NCBI GenBank assembly: GCA_002245135.1
Contig: NGBS01000340.1
Coordinates: forward strand, 1-49,816
Length of the DNA stretch: 49,816 bases
Origin: Proteromonas lacertae
Lineage: Eukaryota
Direction of reading: 5' to 3'
The notes under the pieces were generated by a model that searched no databases, was not told the DNA's origin, and saw nothing but the letters and a program-made list of their open reading frames with translations. The position numbers were made by a program, and so were the translations under genes. This document shows positions 47,471 through 49,816 of the stretch, one piece after another (position 1 is the first letter of the stretch; each line of letters begins with the position of its first letter).

Positions 47471-48511
47471 TTACAAAAATGATAGTAATATTCCTGTTAA
47501 ATTGTCATCAGCATCATAATTTCTTTTAGCAATATAAAACAATTTGGAAATGATATTCTCATACTCTTCTTCAAGTGTAACATTGTAATTATCCACTATA
47601 AATTGAGCTATTTGCTCATTCTTCATGCCATCGAATATACCATCGGTTGGCAAAGAACATAAAACCATTAAATTCAGGAATATATTCATATACTTCTGGT
47701 TGTGAGATTAATAAATCAGTTGGTTCTTTATAATTAACATCACCAATGGATCTAGTCACTGATATATCAGGAAATGAGTTCATTCTACCAATACAGTTAT
47801 AATCTATGATTCCACCTTTTTTAAATATAATATCACGTTGTTCTTCTGTTAAATATTCTACACGATGATCAGATGTGATTGACTTGACATTCAAAGATGG
47901 AGTATTAGATGAATTCTGTAACATTGGGTGGAGGTAATGGTTTATCATCATTTACAACTGTGTCAGTTTTAAATACAATACATCTACAATCACCACAATT
48001 AGCAATATGTATAAGATTCTTAGACTTTTCATAGATTAACAAAATTGCTGTGCTTCCTGATTCATCATTACTTTCCTTGCATTTCTTAATCACCTCTACA
48101 TCAATTTGATTAAATGTCTCCATTAAAGAGGATTTTATATCACCGGAATCAGAAAATAAATCACAAAATCTTTGAATAAAATTATCTCTTAAATATTCGC
48201 TTGTTAATTTGCCATTATGACATCAAATACCTATTGAAATTATTATATTAGTCATACGCAGTAGATTGACAACTCACTATCCTTAATGGTGATATTCTCT
48301 TTAAAACAATACGTGTCTTCCATCTTATCCAATTTACCTTGCTCACTGAATATAGTACTAAAACAGCTAAGGGATGATCAATCATATTAACATTCGTAAC
48401 GTCCTTAGGACTTGGTGTTATAGGAAGTGGTTGAGCTTTTTGAGTTAATAATTTTTGAAATTGTATGTCTCTGTTATTACACAATACAGAGACGTTAGAG
48501 CCATTTTGCAT
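47471..48511 (-). pseudogene. PP2C phosphatase with about 4 single-base frameshifts (pseudogene or sequencing error)
   Basis: KMED, VFD(G)HNG, SGSTA, ANCGDCR, SDHR, SVTRSIGD, (A)TDGIFD, DDNLT spread over several frames. Confidence 0.85.
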
Positions 48512-48689
48512 TTAAAGAAAAATTTCGTTTTTTTTTTTTTAAATCTGATCTTTACATACACTCTGTAATACTACAGCAAAAGTGATCTATTTTTTATTTT
48601 TATTTTCATTTTCACATACAACACAATAGTATATAATTTTAATTTACAATAATAACAAATTGACTATTCTACGAAAATATCAAAATTCA

Positions 48690-49320
48690 TTACAAATTAC
48701 CCTTTTGTTCCCATCTTTCTTTCGCTGTAAACCTCCATGCAAGCTTAGGACCCTTTTTAGACTTCTTTTTCATAAATTTCTTCTATAACAATAAATAAAT
48801 CATAATAATATACTCTTTTCTCTTCTAAATAATCTGAACAATCTAAGGCTTTCTGAACTTGAGCCTTTTTGATTAGTGTTGATAATTTTCTGTTATAATA
48901 CTCAGCCATATCAAAGTCCTTTAATTTTATAGCTTCTTCAATTTGCTTTTCTAAAACTGATTTTTCTGGAATGTCTATCATCATATCTGGTTGATAATTA
49001 GCTAAAAAATACTTTTCTTTCCTTAGTTTCTCTTCTTCCATCAGTTTTTAATTTTTTATCCTAAACTAAATTATAAAAATTACCAATACCTCATCGATTT
49101 TCTCACTTTTTGGGTTATTACGTCTAAATTCTTGTACAGGTACATTTTGGGGGTCATCAAGTGCTATTAACGCTTTTTTAACTATATTATTGACTATTTT
49201 TTGTTTTCTTCTTCGGCAATCAGCATTTGCGAAATGCACTTTGTTCTGGAGATCCATAAACTTCAACCTCCTTTGTTCATTTTTACTTAACATTTTGCGA
49301 CCATTATCATTTTCTGACAT
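48690..49320 (-). CDS. FAM204A-like protein (multi-exon)
   Basis: ORFs 49066-49332 and 48757-49041 with GT-AG gaps; last exon KKSKKGPKLAWRFTAKERWEQKGNL* resembles the FAM204A C-terminus. Confidence 0.7.
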
Positions 49321-49464
49321 GTTGCCAATCACTATAAAAACAATTTTGAAAAATACTAAATAGGTTTATGAAAATATTTTCAACCACCATATAGATTCAG
49401 TTAAATTGCGATAATATATATAATAAGCCTCAGATTTTCACTTATTTTTATTTTTGCTTTGCTC

Positions 49465-49776
49465 ATGAATTTCGAAAGTTATGATCCTTGTTATGATTTA
49501 TCTCCTCTAGATATGGATTTTCTTAGTATATCTCCAACAAAAGTCTACAACAATGCAGTTAATCGTCCACCGTTCCCCTATACAAATGCATACACTTTGA
49601 CATCACCCGATTTTATACCTAATAAGCGAATAAAGACAGATACATTATATCCAGTAGATTTAGTTAACAAATTAGTAGAAATTAAACCACCTGTTATTAG
49701 GGATCATATCGAAAATGCAATGGGATGGGATAATCGTGGAACTTTTTGGTTAACAGAAGCAGTTCCTTCTGAATAA
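49465..49776 (+). CDS. Hypothetical protein, possibly the first exon of a gene running off the window
   Basis: ATG 49465, ~104 codons, divergent from the FAM204A-like gene; no recognised domain. Confidence 0.35.
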   Translation: MNFESYDPCYDLSPLDMDFLSISPTKVYNNAVNRPPFPYTNAYTLTSPDFIPNKRIKTDTLYPVDLVNKLVEIKPPVIRDHIENAMGWDNRGTFWLTEAVPSE

Positions 49777-49816
49777 GTTAATTATTATATTTCTTAATTT
49801 GTATGTGTAGGATGTT

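Noticed and set aside
47471..48511. Programmed frameshifting or editing in PP2C and in the 5' exons at 420-600
   Set aside because: Several of the single-base indels sit in short homopolymers near the window ends; sequencing error or pseudogenisation is simpler. Short-read polishing would decide.

Overview
Very AT-rich eukaryotic (protist-like) DNA with many short GT-AG introns of about 25-43 nt. That intron size recalls Blastocystis/Opalinata, but the organism cannot be fixed from this window. Host flanks carry a 7TM-RGS receptor, a tandem EF-hand gene array with an exact 1950-bp duplication, and a housekeeping block (Swc5/BCNT, PP2A-family phosphatase, CIPK-like kinase, frameshifted PP2C, FAM204A-like). 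The middle (~10.3-43.5 kb) is an accessory hotspot. It holds three spliced Crinkler/RHS-type NTPase-NTPase-REase genes, decayed Mei2 and Prp28 copies, two complete hAT transposons (each with an 8-bp TSD) and a hAT remnant. The main finding is a visibly GC-richer, virus-like island at 21656-37072. It is bounded by long inverted repeats whose outer part is a ~230-bp palindrome (tip CTTCATCGAT-TGC-ATCGATGAAG), with two more partial copies inside. It encodes four paralogous CxxC zinc-finger proteins, a repeat-rich fibre-like coiled-coil protein, a collapsed class II (B12) ribonucleotide reductase and a Polinton-like pPolB N-terminal fragment. No capsid, integrase or intact polymerase was recognised, so it looks like a rearranged relic of an uncharacterised element family. 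All homology calls are motif recognition by eye; no searches were run.
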